NCBI GenBank assembly: GCA_017440585.1
Contig: JAFSGW010000017.1
Location: 17,401 to 81,400, forward strand
Direction: 5' to 3'
DNA from: Clostridia bacterium
GTDB taxonomy: Bacteria; Bacillota; Clostridia; UMGS1883
Length of the DNA stretch: 64,000 nt
The notes under the pieces were generated by a model that worked only from the letters and a program-made list of their open reading frames with translations, ran no database searches and was not told the DNA's origin. A program made the position numbers and the translations under genes. Positions 47,013-57,972 of the stretch are shown here, in pieces (the first letter of the stretch is position 1; every line of letters starts with the position of its first letter).

Positions 47013-47516
47013 ATGAAAACACCTAAGGTGGCACTTATTATGGGCAGTGATTCAGATTTTGAAGCCGTAAAGCCTTGTATAAAGAGGCTCAAGAGCTTTG
47101 GAATTGAAACAACAGTACGAGTTTTATCAGCACACAGAACTCCTGATGAGTCCAAGGAGTTTGCAACAAACGCGGAAAAGAACGGATACGACTGTATTAT
47201 TGCGGCAGCAGGTAAGGCTGCACATCTTCCCGGTGTGCTCGCAGCATTTACAACTCTTCCCGTAATTGGTATTCCGATTAAGTCTTCTACAATGGACGGC
47301 ATGGATTCGCTTTTTTCCATTGTTCAGATGCCTCCGGGAATTCCCGTTGCAACAGTTGCAATAAACGGCAGTGATAATGCGGCAATCCTTGCATGTCAGA
47401 TTCTTTCTCTTCGCTATGAAGAGCTTGGATTGAAAATGAAGGAGCTCAAGCGTGAGATGAGAGAAAAGGTTCTCGAAAAGGATGCAAAAATTCAGGCTTT
47501 GGCCGATGAAATATAA
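47013..47516 (+). CDS. purE: N5-carboxyaminoimidazole ribonucleotide mutase
   Basis: KVALIMGSDSD, class I PurE. Confidence 0.9.
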   Translation: MKTPKVALIMGSDSDFEAVKPCIKRLKSFGIETTVRVLSAHRTPDESKEFATNAEKNGYDCIIAAAGKAAHLPGVLAAFTTLPVIGIPIKSSTMDGMDSLFSIVQMPPGIPVATVAINGSDNAAILACQILSLRYEELGLKMKELKREMREKVLEKDAKIQALADEI

Positions 47517-47535
47517 GAAAAGTGAGGAATAGGTT

Positions 47536-48567
47536 ATGAGCGAAAGTTATAAGAACGCCGGCGTTGACGTTGAAGCCGGTTATGAAGCTGTCAGACTTAT
47601 GAAGGCTGACGTTAAGAAGACATTTATTGATGGCGTTATGAGTGATATAGGCGGTTTTGGCGGTCTTTTCTCCATCAATAAGGATAATTACGAGGAGCCT
47701 GTGCTTGTTTCCGGTACAGATGGTGTAGGCACAAAGCTTAAGATGGCGTTTATTGCCGATAAGCACGACACAGTAGGTATTGACGCAGTTGCAATGTGTG
47801 TTAATGACGTTGTGTGCTCCGGTGCGAAGCCCCTTTTCTTCCTTGACTATGTAGCAGTAGGCAAGAACGTTCCCGAAAAGGTTGCAACCATTGTAAAGGG
47901 CGTTGCTGACGGCTGTGTTCAGGCAGGCTGTGCACTCATCGGCGGCGAAACTGCCGAAATGCCCGGATTTTATCCCGTTGACGAATACGATATCGCAGGC
48001 TTTACTGTAGGTATTGTTGACAAGAAGGATATCATTGACGGAAGTAAGCTTAGTAGCGGCGATGCACTTATCGGTATTGCATCAAGCGGTGTTCACTCCA
48101 ACGGTTTTTCTCTTGTCAGAAAGGTTTTCGATGTTCGTGAGGACAATGAAAAGCTTAAGGAATATAACGAATTTTTAGGCGACAGCCTTGTAAACACACT
48201 TCTTACACCCACAAAGATTTATGTTAAGAGTGCACTTAAGCTCATTGAAGAGTGCGATGTAAGAGCAATTTCCCACATTACAGGCGGTGGCTTCTACGAA
48301 AACATTCCGAGAATGTTGCCTGCAAATATGAAGGCTGTTATCAAGAAGGATTCCTTCGAGGTTCTTCCCATCTTCAAGCTTTTGCAGGAGGTTGGCAACA
48401 TTCCCGAAAGAGATATGTTCAACACCTTTAATATGGGTATCGGTATGATTGCTGCTGTTCCTGCCGCTGAGGCTGAAAAAGCAGTAAAGGTTCTCGAAGA
48501 AATGGGCGAGAAGGCATACATCATCGGTACTGTTGAAGACGGTGAAAACGGGGTAGAGCTTATATGA
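47536..48567 (+). CDS. purM: Phosphoribosylformylglycinamidine cyclo-ligase
   Basis: AIRS N- and C-domains, [10 protein letters not shown]. Confidence 0.9.
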   Translation: MSESYKNAGVDVEAGYEAVRLMKADVKKTFIDGVMSDIGGFGGLFSINKDNYEEPVLVSGTDGVGTKLKMAFIADKHDTVGIDAVAMCVNDVVCSGAKPLFFLDYVAVGKNVPEKVATIVKGVADGCVQAGCALIGGETAEMPGFYPVDEYDIAGFTVGIVDKKDIIDGSKLSSGDALIGIASSGVHSNGFSLVRKVFDVREDNEKLKEYNEFLGDSLVNTLLTPTKIYVKSALKLIEECDVRAISHITGGGFYENIPRMLPANMKAVIKKDSFEVLPIFKLLQEVGNIPERDMFNTFNMGIGMIAAVPAAEAEKAVKVLEEMGEKAYIIGTVEDGENGVELI

Positions 48568-49154
48568 AAAGAATAGGCGTTCTCGTTTCAGGTGGCGGAA
48601 CAAACCTTCAGGCAATTCTTGATGCCTGCGAATCAGGGCTTATAAAGTCGGGCAAGGTTGTTACCGTTGTATCCAACAAAAAGGATGTATACGCCTTAGA
48701 AAGGGCAAAAAATGCCAATGTTGAAGGCATTGTTATTGAAAAGAAGGCATTTGACAGCATTGAAGCCTTTGACGAGGCACTTTGTGCACATATGAAAAGC
48801 CGTGAGGTAGACCTTATTGTTATGGCAGGCTTTCTGTGCATAGTGGGTGACAAGCTTATAAGTGAATTTGAGAACAGAATTATAAATATTCACCCGTCGC
48901 TTATTCCCTCCTTCTGCGGTGCAGGTTTTTACGGGCTTCGTGTTCACGAGGCGGCACTTAATTACGGAGTTAAGGTTTCCGGTGCAACCGTGCATTATGT
49001 GAACGGTGTTGTTGACGGAGGCAAAATTATAAAGCAGAAGGCTGTTTATATTAAAGATGACGATACTCCCGAAACTCTTCAGAAGCGTATTATGGAAGAG
49101 GCTGAATGGAAGATACTTCCCGAAGCAATTGAGGAAATCTGTGCATCTATGTAA
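48564..49154 (+). CDS. purN: Phosphoribosylglycinamide formyltransferase
   Basis: [22 protein letters not shown]. Confidence 0.9.
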   Translation: MKRIGVLVSGGGTNLQAILDACESGLIKSGKVVTVVSNKKDVYALERAKNANVEGIVIEKKAFDSIEAFDEALCAHMKSREVDLIVMAGFLCIVGDKLISEFENRIINIHPSLIPSFCGAGFYGLRVHEAALNYGVKVSGATVHYVNGVVDGGKIIKQKAVYIKDDDTPETLQKRIMEEAEWKILPEAIEEICASM

Positions 49155-49169
49155 GAAAGGACGATTGAA

Positions 49170-49874
49170 ATGATACTTTCCGAAGAACTTAAGAATAATT
49201 CCTACCCCGGCAGAGGTATTGTGATAGGCAAGAGCAAGTGCGGTAAGTTCGCTGTTACAGCTTACTTCATTATGGGCAGAAGCGAAAACAGCCGTAACAG
49301 AGTTTTTGTTGAAGATGGTGAAGGCATCCGTACAGAGGCTTTTGACCCTTCAAAGCTCACTGACCCTCATCTTATTATTTATGCACCCGTAAGAGTGCTT
49401 GGCAACAAGACAATAGTTACAAACGGTGACCAGACTGATACAATCTATGAGCTTATGAATCAGCAGCTCACCTTTGAGCAGAGCCTTCGCGCACGTGAAT
49501 TTGAAGATGATGCCCCCAATTACACACCCCGTATTTCAGGCATCATGAAGGTTGAAGGCGGTAACTACAGCTATGCTATGAGCATTTTAAAGAGCAATAA
49601 CGGTAACCCCGATTCCTGCCTCAGATTTACATATTCCTACAAGAATCCTCTTAACGGTGAAGGTCACTTTATCCATACCTATATGGGCGACGGAAATCCC
49701 CTTCCTTCCTTTAAGGGTGAGCCTAAAGAAGTTGTGATTGATGAAGATATCGACGCATTCACAAATACTATCTGGACATCTCTTAATGAGGACAACAAGG
49801 TTTCTTTATTTGTAAGATATATTGATATTGAAACAGGTAAATATGAAACAAGAATTATTAACAAAAACAACTAA
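49170..49874 (+). CDS. IMP cyclohydrolase, PurO-like (archaeal-type)
   Basis: YPGRGIVIGKSKCGKFAVTAYFIMGRSENSRNR matches the PurO family N-terminus. Confidence 0.65.
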   Translation: MILSEELKNNSYPGRGIVIGKSKCGKFAVTAYFIMGRSENSRNRVFVEDGEGIRTEAFDPSKLTDPHLIIYAPVRVLGNKTIVTNGDQTDTIYELMNQQLTFEQSLRAREFEDDAPNYTPRISGIMKVEGGNYSYAMSILKSNNGNPDSCLRFTYSYKNPLNGEGHFIHTYMGDGNPLPSFKGEPKEVVIDEDIDAFTNTIWTSLNEDNKVSLFVRYIDIETGKYETRIINKNN

Positions 49875-49882
49875 CGGAGGTC

Positions 49883-51061
49883 ATGAAAATGAATTCTATG
49901 CAGTTAAAGTATGGTTGTAACCCCAACCAGAAGCCTTCCCGTATTTATATTGAAAACGGCGATCTGCCTATTGAAGTATTGAACGGCAACCCCGGTTATA
50001 TTAACCTTCTTGATGCATTTAACGGCTGGCAGCTTGTGCGCGAGCTTAAAAAGGCTACAGGTCTTCCTGCGGCTACAAGCTTCAAGCACGTTTCTCCTGC
50101 AGGTGCTGCAGTTGGTGAGCCTTTGAGCGATGTGTTAAAGAAAATCTATTTTGTTGAAGATAAAGAACTTTCTCCTTTAGCTTGTGCATATGCAAGAGCA
50201 AGAGGTGCTGACAGAATGAGCTCCTTTGGTGACTTTGTTGCTTTAAGCGATGTTTGTGATGTTCCCACAGCTATGCTTCTTAAGCCCGAAGTTTCTGACG
50301 GCGTTATTGCACCCGGTTATGAGCCCGAAGCCCTTGAAATTTTAAAGAGCAAGAGAAGAGGTACATATAACATCATTAAAATTGATGAAAGCTATGTTCC
50401 CGATCCCATTGAACGTAAGCAGGTGTTCGGTATTACCTTTGAGCAGGGCAGAAATGAGCTTGATATCAATGCTGATATGCTTAATGAAATCGTTACAAAG
50501 AACACAGAAATTCCCGAAAGTGCAAAGAGAGACCTTCTTATTGCTCTTATCACACTTAAGTATACACAGTCAAACTCCGTTTGCTATGCAAAGGACGGTC
50601 AGGCTATAGGTATTGGTGCAGGTCAGCAGAGCCGTATCCACTGCACACGTCTTGCAGGCAGCAAGGCAGACAACTGGTGGCTTCGTCAGTCTCCTCAGGT
50701 TTTAGGCTTAAAGTTTTTGGACACAGTTGCAAAGCCTGACAGAGACAACGCTATTGACGTTTATATGTCCGAGGATTATATGGATGTTTTAGCTGACGGC
50801 ATCTGGGAAAACATTTTTGCAGAAAAGCCTGCTGTTTTCACAAAGGAAGAGAAGAGAGCATGGCTTGATAAGAACACTGATGTTGCTCTTGGCTCCGATG
50901 CATTCTTCCCCTTTGGTGATAACATTGAAAGAGCATATAAGAGTGGCGTTAAGTATATTGCACAGCCCGGCGGTTCGAAGCGTGACGACATTGTTATCGA
51001 AACCTGCGACAGATTCGGCATTGCAATGTGCATGACACACAACAGATTATTCCATCATTAA
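49883..51061 (+). CDS. purH: AICAR transformylase (PurH formyltransferase domain only)
   Basis: LKYGCNPNQ and downstream AICARFT motifs; lacks the MGS-like cyclohydrolase domain. Confidence 0.8.
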   Translation: MKMNSMQLKYGCNPNQKPSRIYIENGDLPIEVLNGNPGYINLLDAFNGWQLVRELKKATGLPAATSFKHVSPAGAAVGEPLSDVLKKIYFVEDKELSPLACAYARARGADRMSSFGDFVALSDVCDVPTAMLLKPEVSDGVIAPGYEPEALEILKSKRRGTYNIIKIDESYVPDPIERKQVFGITFEQGRNELDINADMLNEIVTKNTEIPESAKRDLLIALITLKYTQSNSVCYAKDGQAIGIGAGQQSRIHCTRLAGSKADNWWLRQSPQVLGLKFLDTVAKPDRDNAIDVYMSEDYMDVLADGIWENIFAEKPAVFTKEEKRAWLDKNTDVALGSDAFFPFGDNIERAYKSGVKYIAQPGGSKRDDIVIETCDRFGIAMCMTHNRLFHH

Positions 51062-51079
51062 TCCCGGGAGGCTTTTAAA

Positions 51080-52348
51080 ATGAAGGTTTTAGTAGTTGGC
51101 GGCGGCGGAAGAGAGCATACAATTGTATGGAAGCTTTCCCAGAGCCCTAAGGTTGATAAGATTTATTGTGCACCCGGCAATGCAGGTATTGCCTCCCTGG
51201 CAGAATGTGTTGCTATTAAGGCAACCGATGTTGATGCTATGGTGGACTTTGCCGTAAAGGAAAAGGTTGACATGGTTATGGTTGCACCTGATGACCCGTT
51301 GGTGCTCGGCATGGTTGATGCTATGGAGGCTAAGGGTATCCGTGCATTCGGTCCCAGAGCAAATGCGGCAATTATTGAAGGCAGTAAGGTTTTTTCTAAG
51401 GACCTTATGAAGAAGTACAATATTCCTACTGCAAAGTATGAAGTGTTTGACAATGCAGATGCAGCGATAAAATATCTTCAGACTGCACCTATCCCTACGG
51501 TTATCAAGGCAGAAGGCTTGGCACTTGGTAAGGGCGTTATTATTGCAATGACTCTTGAAGAGGCAGAAAAAGCTGTTCACGAAATGATGGAGGATAAGGT
51601 TTTCGGCAATGCGGGAAGCCGTATTGTTATTGAAGAATTTTTGTCCGGTCCCGAGGTAAGTGTTCTTGCATTTACTGACGGCAAGACTGTTAAGCCCATG
51701 GTTTCAGCTCAGGACCATAAGAGAGCATATGATAACGATGAAGGTCTTAACACAGGCGGCATGGGAACTTTCTCACCCTCAAGAATTTACGACGAAAAGA
51801 TGGCAGAGGAATGCATGCAGAACATTTTTATTCCTACAGTAAATGCCATGAATGCAGAGGGCAGAACCTTCAAGGGCGTTTTATACTTTGGTCTTATGGC
51901 AACAAAGGATGGCGTTAAGGTTATTGAATACAACTGCCGTTTCGGTGACCCCGAGACTCAGGTTGTGCTCCCGAGATTAGAGAGCGACCTTTACGAAATT
52001 TTTGATGCAATTATTGATGAAAGACTTGCCGAGATTGACATAAAATGGCGTGACGGCGGTGCTGTATGCGTTGTTTGTGCAAGCGGCGGTTATCCCGTTA
52101 AGTATGAATCGGGCTTTGAAATTACAGGCATTGAGGATGCGGAAGCTTTAGGCGACATTACCGTATTCCATGCAGGCACAAAGGCTCAAGACGGTAAAAT
52201 TGTTACCGCAGGTGGCAGAGTGCTTGGTGTTACCGCTGTTGCTGAAAGCCTTGATGCTGCAATTAAGAAGGCATACGAGGGTGTAGAAAAGGTGCACTTT
52301 GACAAGATGCACTACAGAAAAGATATAGGTATTAAAAAATACAACTGA
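51080..52348 (+). CDS. purD: Phosphoribosylamine--glycine ligase
   Basis: MKVLVVGGGGREH, ATP-grasp. Confidence 0.9.
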   Translation: MKVLVVGGGGREHTIVWKLSQSPKVDKIYCAPGNAGIASLAECVAIKATDVDAMVDFAVKEKVDMVMVAPDDPLVLGMVDAMEAKGIRAFGPRANAAIIEGSKVFSKDLMKKYNIPTAKYEVFDNADAAIKYLQTAPIPTVIKAEGLALGKGVIIAMTLEEAEKAVHEMMEDKVFGNAGSRIVIEEFLSGPEVSVLAFTDGKTVKPMVSAQDHKRAYDNDEGLNTGGMGTFSPSRIYDEKMAEECMQNIFIPTVNAMNAEGRTFKGVLYFGLMATKDGVKVIEYNCRFGDPETQVVLPRLESDLYEIFDAIIDERLAEIDIKWRDGGAVCVVCASGGYPVKYESGFEITGIEDAEALGDITVFHAGTKAQDGKIVTAGGRVLGVTAVAESLDAAIKKAYEGVEKVHFDKMHYRKDIGIKKYN

Positions 52349-52360
52349 TAGGTTGATTTT

Positions 52361-53494
52361 ATGAATAAGAATACACAAAGCAAAACTAACTTTTTCCTTA
52401 CCGTTCTGGATGAAAGACTCCGGAACGGAAAGGAATATTTTCTTAATATAGACATTAGTTTCAAATCAGGCACAAAAACTTTTCCCGCTAAAGTAAAGAA
52501 AGAGGGAGAAGATTTTGTGTTTATTCATAATGCGAATAAAGAAAAGTTTGAGTGGAAACTGATTGTTGATGCAATGGCAAATTATGATTCCATGGTTCTT
52601 GTATACAAGGAAAGAGGTACAAATGCCGTTATAGAGGCAAGTGACCGCAATGTTACATTGAAGTATGAGGATTCTGCCGAAACAGAGGAGGAGACAACCT
52701 CAACTGTTAAAAACAACCGCAATTATCTTATTAAGCCTCCCAAGGCGAATACTCTTTTAAAAGAGATAGGCATTATGGGCGAAAACGGCAAAATAAAGAA
52801 CGATATGGTTCGTAAGTATAACCAGATTGACCATTTTGTTGAGCTTATAAGCGACCATTTAAAGCGTATTGACGGTAAGGTAGAGGTGCTTGACTGTGCC
52901 TGCGGTAAGAGCTATCTTTCTTTTGCACTTAATTACTATCTTCGTGATGTTCTGAAAAAGGATTGTCACGTGACGGGCGTTGACTATTCTGAGGTTGTAA
53001 TTAAAGCCTCGAAGAAGAGTGCTGAAAACATGGGCTATTCAAACATGACATTTGTTAAGGCTGACCTTACCGATTACAAGGTAACAACACCGCCTGATGT
53101 TGTTATAAGCCTTCATGCCTGCGACATTGCAACGGACATGGCAATTGCGGCAGGCATAAACAACGGAGCAAAGGCAATTTTTGCAGTGCCCTGCTGTCAT
53201 AAGGAGCTTTTGGGGCAGTATTCCTACGATGAATTTGCACCGCTTTTAAAGCACGGCATTTTCAAGGCAAGGATGGCAGATTTACTTACAGACAGCCTCA
53301 GATGTTTGCTTCTTGAAGCCTCAGGCTATACTGTGACTGCTCAGGAGTACATTTCACCCGTTGAAACCCCTAAGAACCTTCTTATTAAAGCCTTTAAGGA
53401 TGGCAAAAGACAGAAGGAAGCAAAGGAAGAATATTTAAGATTAAAAGAACTGCTTGGGGTTACACCAAAGCTTGAAACGCTTATAAAGCTGTGA
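52361..53494 (+). CDS. Class I SAM-dependent methyltransferase (Methyltransf_32-like)
   Basis: VLDCACGKSYLSF SAM-binding motif, 377 aa. Confidence 0.6.
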   Translation: MNKNTQSKTNFFLTVLDERLRNGKEYFLNIDISFKSGTKTFPAKVKKEGEDFVFIHNANKEKFEWKLIVDAMANYDSMVLVYKERGTNAVIEASDRNVTLKYEDSAETEEETTSTVKNNRNYLIKPPKANTLLKEIGIMGENGKIKNDMVRKYNQIDHFVELISDHLKRIDGKVEVLDCACGKSYLSFALNYYLRDVLKKDCHVTGVDYSEVVIKASKKSAENMGYSNMTFVKADLTDYKVTTPPDVVISLHACDIATDMAIAAGINNGAKAIFAVPCCHKELLGQYSYDEFAPLLKHGIFKARMADLLTDSLRCLLLEASGYTVTAQEYISPVETPKNLLIKAFKDGKRQKEAKEEYLRLKELLGVTPKLETLIKL

Positions 53495-53502
53495 GGTGGG
53501 TT

Positions 53503-54045
53503 ATGAGACTTATTTTTGCATCGGACATACACGGAAGTGAATATTACACGAAAAAGCTTCTGGAACGTTATGAGGACTTAAAATGCGATAAATTAATTCT
53601 CCTTGGTGACATTTTATACCACGGACCCAGAAATGATTTGCCTGAGGGTTACAACCCCAAGGGCGTAATTGCTCTTTTAAATGCTTTAAGCGATGAAATA
53701 CTGTGTGTGAGGGGTAATTGCGAGGCTGAGGTTGACCAGATGGTATTGGATTTTTCCTGCATGAGTGAAAGCATGGTAATGTTTGAAAGAGGGAAAATGC
53801 TTTTTATAACACACGGGCATAAATTCAATATGGAAAACCTGCCCAAATTAAAGAAGGGTGATATTCTCATACACGGGCATACCCACGTGCAGACAGTGGA
53901 AAGCTTCGGCGAAAATTTATACATTAACCCCGGCAGTATATCAATCCCGAAAGAAAACAACCCGCCCTCATTTATGCTTTATGAGAACGGAAGGTTTACA
54001 ATATATGACTTCGATATGAACGTTTTAAACGAGGTGAGCATATGA
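53503..54045 (+). CDS. YfcE-like metallophosphoesterase (calcineurin-like phosphodiesterase)
   Basis: ASDIHGS, LGDILYHGPRN, GNCE, HGHTH; GAGGTG RBS. Confidence 0.8.
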   Translation: MRLIFASDIHGSEYYTKKLLERYEDLKCDKLILLGDILYHGPRNDLPEGYNPKGVIALLNALSDEILCVRGNCEAEVDQMVLDFSCMSESMVMFERGKMLFITHGHKFNMENLPKLKKGDILIHGHTHVQTVESFGENLYINPGSISIPKENNPPSFMLYENGRFTIYDFDMNVLNEVSI

Positions 54046-56336
54046 ATAAGATAACTTTGTATCCCGATAAAAAATTGCATCCCCTTGGTGATTTGTACGG
54101 TATATTTTTTGAAGATATAAACCACGCCGCTGATGGCGGATTATATGCAGAAATGGTACAAAACCGTTCTTTTGAGTTTGACACAATTGACAATAGAAGG
54201 TATAACCCTCTTACTGCCTGGGAAACCCTTGGCTGTGAAGTGAGGGTTGAAAATGCATATCCTCTTAATCGCAACAATACCCATTACCTTGTAATTGAAG
54301 TAAATGACTATGAATGCGGTGTTGAAAACCACGGCTTTAATGACGGTATGCATATCAAGAAGGGCGAGAGGTACAAATTTTCCTTTTACGCACGACGTAA
54401 TACGGGTTTTTCAAAAGATGTGAACATCCGCCTTGTTTCGAAAGAAACGGGGCCCGTGGCTTGTGAAACCATTAAAATTACAAGCTGCGACTGGGAAAAG
54501 TACCAGTGTGTGCTTACTGCAGAGGAAAGCGGAGTTTGTTATCTTGTAATTACAACCTCGGGAAAGAGCCTTGTTTACCTTGATGATGTATCACTTTTCC
54601 CTGAAAATACATATAAGAACCGTGAAAACGGTTTAAGGCGTGATATAGCAACACTTCTTGCGGAATTAAAGCCTAAATTTATGCGTTTCCCCGGGGGATG
54701 CCTGGTGCACGACGGCAATCTGGACCCTCATGCAAGAAATTCGCTGTATCGCTGGAAAAATACAATCGGTGATGTGAGTGAAAGACCAACAAGGAGAAGT
54801 AACTGGGGCTATAATCAGACCTTAGGGCTCGGGTATTACGAATATTTCCTTTTCTGCGAGGATATTGGTGCAAAGCCTTTGCCCGTTCTTCCTGCGGCAT
54901 ATAACCCTCATCACCACGATGCTGTGCCCTTTGATGAATTAAAGCCCTGGATAGATGATGCACTTGATTTGATTGAGTTTGCAAACGGCACAACCGAAAC
55001 TAAATGGGGCAAAATCCGTGCAGAGCTTGGTCACAGCGAGCCCTTTAACCTTGAATACCTTGCAATAGGTAATGAAGAGGTGGGGGATGACTTCTTTGAA
55101 AGGTACCCTTATTTCCATAAGGCTATAAAGGAAAAATACCCCGAAATTAAGCTTATAGGCTCATCGGGACCCTTCCCCTGCGGTGGCGAGTTTGAAAAGG
55201 GATGGAAATGTGCAAGGGAAAACAAGAGTGAAATGGTAGATGAGCATTACTACGTTTCACCTGAATGGATGATAGCAAACAACAAGAGGTATTTTGAATA
55301 TAAAAAGGATGACCCGAAGGTATTTTTAGGTGAATATGCTTCCTGGGGCAACACCTTTTACAACGCCCTCTGCGAGGCAAGCTATATGACCGCTATGGAA
55401 ACAAGCGGAAATGTGGCACTTGCATGCTATGCACCTCTTCTTTGTAATGCTGACTATGTGAACTGGAAGCCTGACCTTATCTGGTTTAACGGTGAAAGTG
55501 CATATGGCACACCTAACTACTATGTACAGAAGCTCTTTATGAATAACCAGGGAGACAGTGCAATAGAGCATTCTGTAGTTTCGGAGAAAAACTCTGTTGC
55601 TCTCAGTGACGAAAACATCACCGGAGAGATATTTTTCAAAACAGTGGACACCGAAGCACAGTTTTATGACATTAAAATTAACGGAAAAACTGTAAATGAA
55701 AAAGGCTTTACACTTAAACGGGAAGGTTCGCAGATGAAAAAGCTCGAAGAAGTAGGAATTTTAGGGGATTTTGAGTTAGAGTGTAAAGCGAAAGAGCTTG
55801 ACGGAAAAAGAGGCTTTATCATCTGTTTTGGAGTTAAAGGTTATGGCAATTTATACCATTGGGAGTTCGGCGGCTGGCAAAATCAGGACAGTGCGGTATG
55901 CTCAACGGTAAATTACAGAGAGTCTGTTCTTGCCCATGAACTCAGAAGCGTGGAGAAAGACCGTGAATACACACTTAAAGTGGTTGTCCGCAAAAATGTG
56001 ATTTTATGCTATATTGATAACGAGCTTGTTCACGAGGCAGTTGTGAAGCCTGCGGTAGTTGAACCCGTTTATACAGCATCTTCCGTAAACGAAGACGGCA
56101 GTGTGGTTTTAAAGGTTGTTAATTTGCAGGATACTGAATATAATGCAGAAATCGAAACAAATATGAACATACAACGCGTGGCAGGTGAGGTTATAACAGG
56201 GGATTTAAATGCCGAAAACAGCTTTGAAAACCCCAAAAACATTGTGCCTTGTAATATAGCTTTTGAGTATGAAGGCTCGGTTATAAAGCATAGTTTCCCT
56301 TCCCATAGCGTAACGGTAATAGTAATAAATGGATAA
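54042..56336 (+). CDS. GH51 alpha-L-arabinofuranosidase with N-terminal CBM4/9-like domain (intracellular, no signal peptide)
   Basis: LYGIFFEDINHAADGGLYAEMVQNRSFE, RFPGGCLVHDG, IGNEEVGD (acid/base Glu region), C-terminal beta-sandwich. Confidence 0.8.
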   Translation: MNKITLYPDKKLHPLGDLYGIFFEDINHAADGGLYAEMVQNRSFEFDTIDNRRYNPLTAWETLGCEVRVENAYPLNRNNTHYLVIEVNDYECGVENHGFNDGMHIKKGERYKFSFYARRNTGFSKDVNIRLVSKETGPVACETIKITSCDWEKYQCVLTAEESGVCYLVITTSGKSLVYLDDVSLFPENTYKNRENGLRRDIATLLAELKPKFMRFPGGCLVHDGNLDPHARNSLYRWKNTIGDVSERPTRRSNWGYNQTLGLGYYEYFLFCEDIGAKPLPVLPAAYNPHHHDAVPFDELKPWIDDALDLIEFANGTTETKWGKIRAELGHSEPFNLEYLAIGNEEVGDDFFERYPYFHKAIKEKYPEIKLIGSSGPFPCGGEFEKGWKCARENKSEMVDEHYYVSPEWMIANNKRYFEYKKDDPKVFLGEYASWGNTFYNALCEASYMTAMETSGNVALACYAPLLCNADYVNWKPDLIWFNGESAYGTPNYYVQKLFMNNQGDSAIEHSVVSEKNSVALSDENITGEIFFKTVDTEAQFYDIKINGKTVNEKGFTLKREGSQMKKLEEVGILGDFELECKAKELDGKRGFIICFGVKGYGNLYHWEFGGWQNQDSAVCSTVNYRESVLAHELRSVEKDREYTLKVVVRKNVILCYIDNELVHEAVVKPAVVEPVYTASSVNEDGSVVLKVVNLQDTEYNAEIETNMNIQRVAGEVITGDLNAENSFENPKNIVPCNIAFEYEGSVIKHSFPSHSVTVIVING

Positions 56337-57876
56337 ATTCAAAAGTTTTGCTGAAAAAGTGCAGGACGTAACAGCAAATGTGCTTTTAACAAGACCTTTG
56401 GCAGTGTTTTCTGTTCTTGCATTCATATTTGTAATTATGAGGCTCTATTTTTCCATAGAGCCTCTGCTTTTGCTGGCATTTTTCATAGGCTGTCTGTTTG
56501 TTTTCCTTTACGTTAAAGGTAAAACAGATGCTTTCATAACTGCATTTTTATGCTTGTCCATGCTTTTGGGGATTTGTGCCGCAAATAATAAGCTTTTTAA
56601 GGTGGAAAGCCTATATAAAAGCCTTGACGATGAATATGTCCGCATTTCGGGAACGGTGTCATCTGTGCCTGATGAAGGAAAAAGCTTTAACACCTTCTTT
56701 GTTGAATGCGATGAAATCGAGTCGCACAAAGGCACGTTTAATAATGTGAAGGTTTATGTGAAGCTGAAGGACCGCTTTCCTTTGAGCTATGGCGACAGAA
56801 TCCTTTTTAATGCAAAGCTAACTGCTGCAGGGAGAAATGATACACCTTTTGAAAAGTATTATCTTGCAAAAGGGGCACTGTTTACAGCAAGTGATGTGAC
56901 GGTGCTTGGGAGGTCTCCGTCCGCGGGCTTTGACGGTATACTTGCAAGGGCAAGGAACTATTTTATCACAGTTTCGGATAAATGGCTTGAAAACCGTGAT
57001 GCAGTAGCTCTCTTTAAGGCACTTACTGCAGGCGACAGAAGCGATTTTTCAAAGGAGCTGACAAGAAACCTCAGCCTTTCAGGGCTTAGCCACATTGCCT
57101 GTGTATCGGGGTTACATGTGTCAATCATAGGTATGGCGGTTTTCTCCCTCTTTAAAAAGCGGGGAAGGGTTTTATCGGCAATACTGGCACTTACGGCAGT
57201 TTATTTCTTTGCTTTCCTTACGGGTGCAACGCCCTCTTCATTACGTGCGGCAATAATGTTTACAAGCTTTATAATCGCCCGTATTGCATTAAGGGACAAC
57301 GACAGCTTTACATCCCTTTGCATTTCAGCTATGCTGCTTATTCTGATAAATCCTTATGTAATATTTGATACGGGGTTCATTCTGTCTTTTTTAAGTGTAC
57401 TTGGCATACAGATATTTTCATATTATTTCAAGCAACTAATGAGCTTTTTGCCCGATAAGCTTTCCGATTCCATATCTGTTACAATGGCAGCACAGCTCAT
57501 GACAGCACCGGTTGTGGTGAATATGTTCGGATATTTAACAACCTATTCGGTGTTTTCAAACATAATTATTTCCGTAATTTTCATATGGGTATTATATTTG
57601 TGCTTCGTTCTTGCTTTCGTTGCACCAATTCCCATAATAAACACAATTACGGCGTGGCTTTGCGAATGTGGGCTTATAATTATAGCGGCTGTGGCAAATT
57701 TCTTTGCGGAATTGCCCTTCAGCCACATTGGTGCAAGCAGTATGAACGTAGTGCAGATTATAGCATATTATGTTATAGTGGTTATGTTTGTTTTCAGAGA
57801 GAAGCTTTCTAAATGGTTTACGGGCACAGTTTTGCTTTTGTGCATGCTGTTGTCGGTTGTAAGTGCTTTTATTTAA
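56329..57876 (+). CDS. ComEC/Rec2-related membrane protein lacking the C-terminal MBL domain
   Basis: DUF4131-like N-terminus and Competence domain (LSGLSHIACVSGLHVSII); 515 aa; start overlaps the GH51 stop. Confidence 0.65.
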   Translation: MDKFKSFAEKVQDVTANVLLTRPLAVFSVLAFIFVIMRLYFSIEPLLLLAFFIGCLFVFLYVKGKTDAFITAFLCLSMLLGICAANNKLFKVESLYKSLDDEYVRISGTVSSVPDEGKSFNTFFVECDEIESHKGTFNNVKVYVKLKDRFPLSYGDRILFNAKLTAAGRNDTPFEKYYLAKGALFTASDVTVLGRSPSAGFDGILARARNYFITVSDKWLENRDAVALFKALTAGDRSDFSKELTRNLSLSGLSHIACVSGLHVSIIGMAVFSLFKKRGRVLSAILALTAVYFFAFLTGATPSSLRAAIMFTSFIIARIALRDNDSFTSLCISAMLLILINPYVIFDTGFILSFLSVLGIQIFSYYFKQLMSFLPDKLSDSISVTMAAQLMTAPVVVNMFGYLTTYSVFSNIIISVIFIWVLYLCFVLAFVAPIPIINTITAWLCECGLIIIAAVANFFAELPFSHIGASSMNVVQIIAYYVIVVMFVFREKLSKWFTGTVLLLCMLLSVVSAFI

Positions 57877-57972
57877 GGACACGGAGACGTGTCCTTAAAT
57901 TTTTACTTGACAAGCCTACAAATGTAGTCTATAATGAGGTTGACTACAATTGTAGGTGAAAGGAGAATTAGT

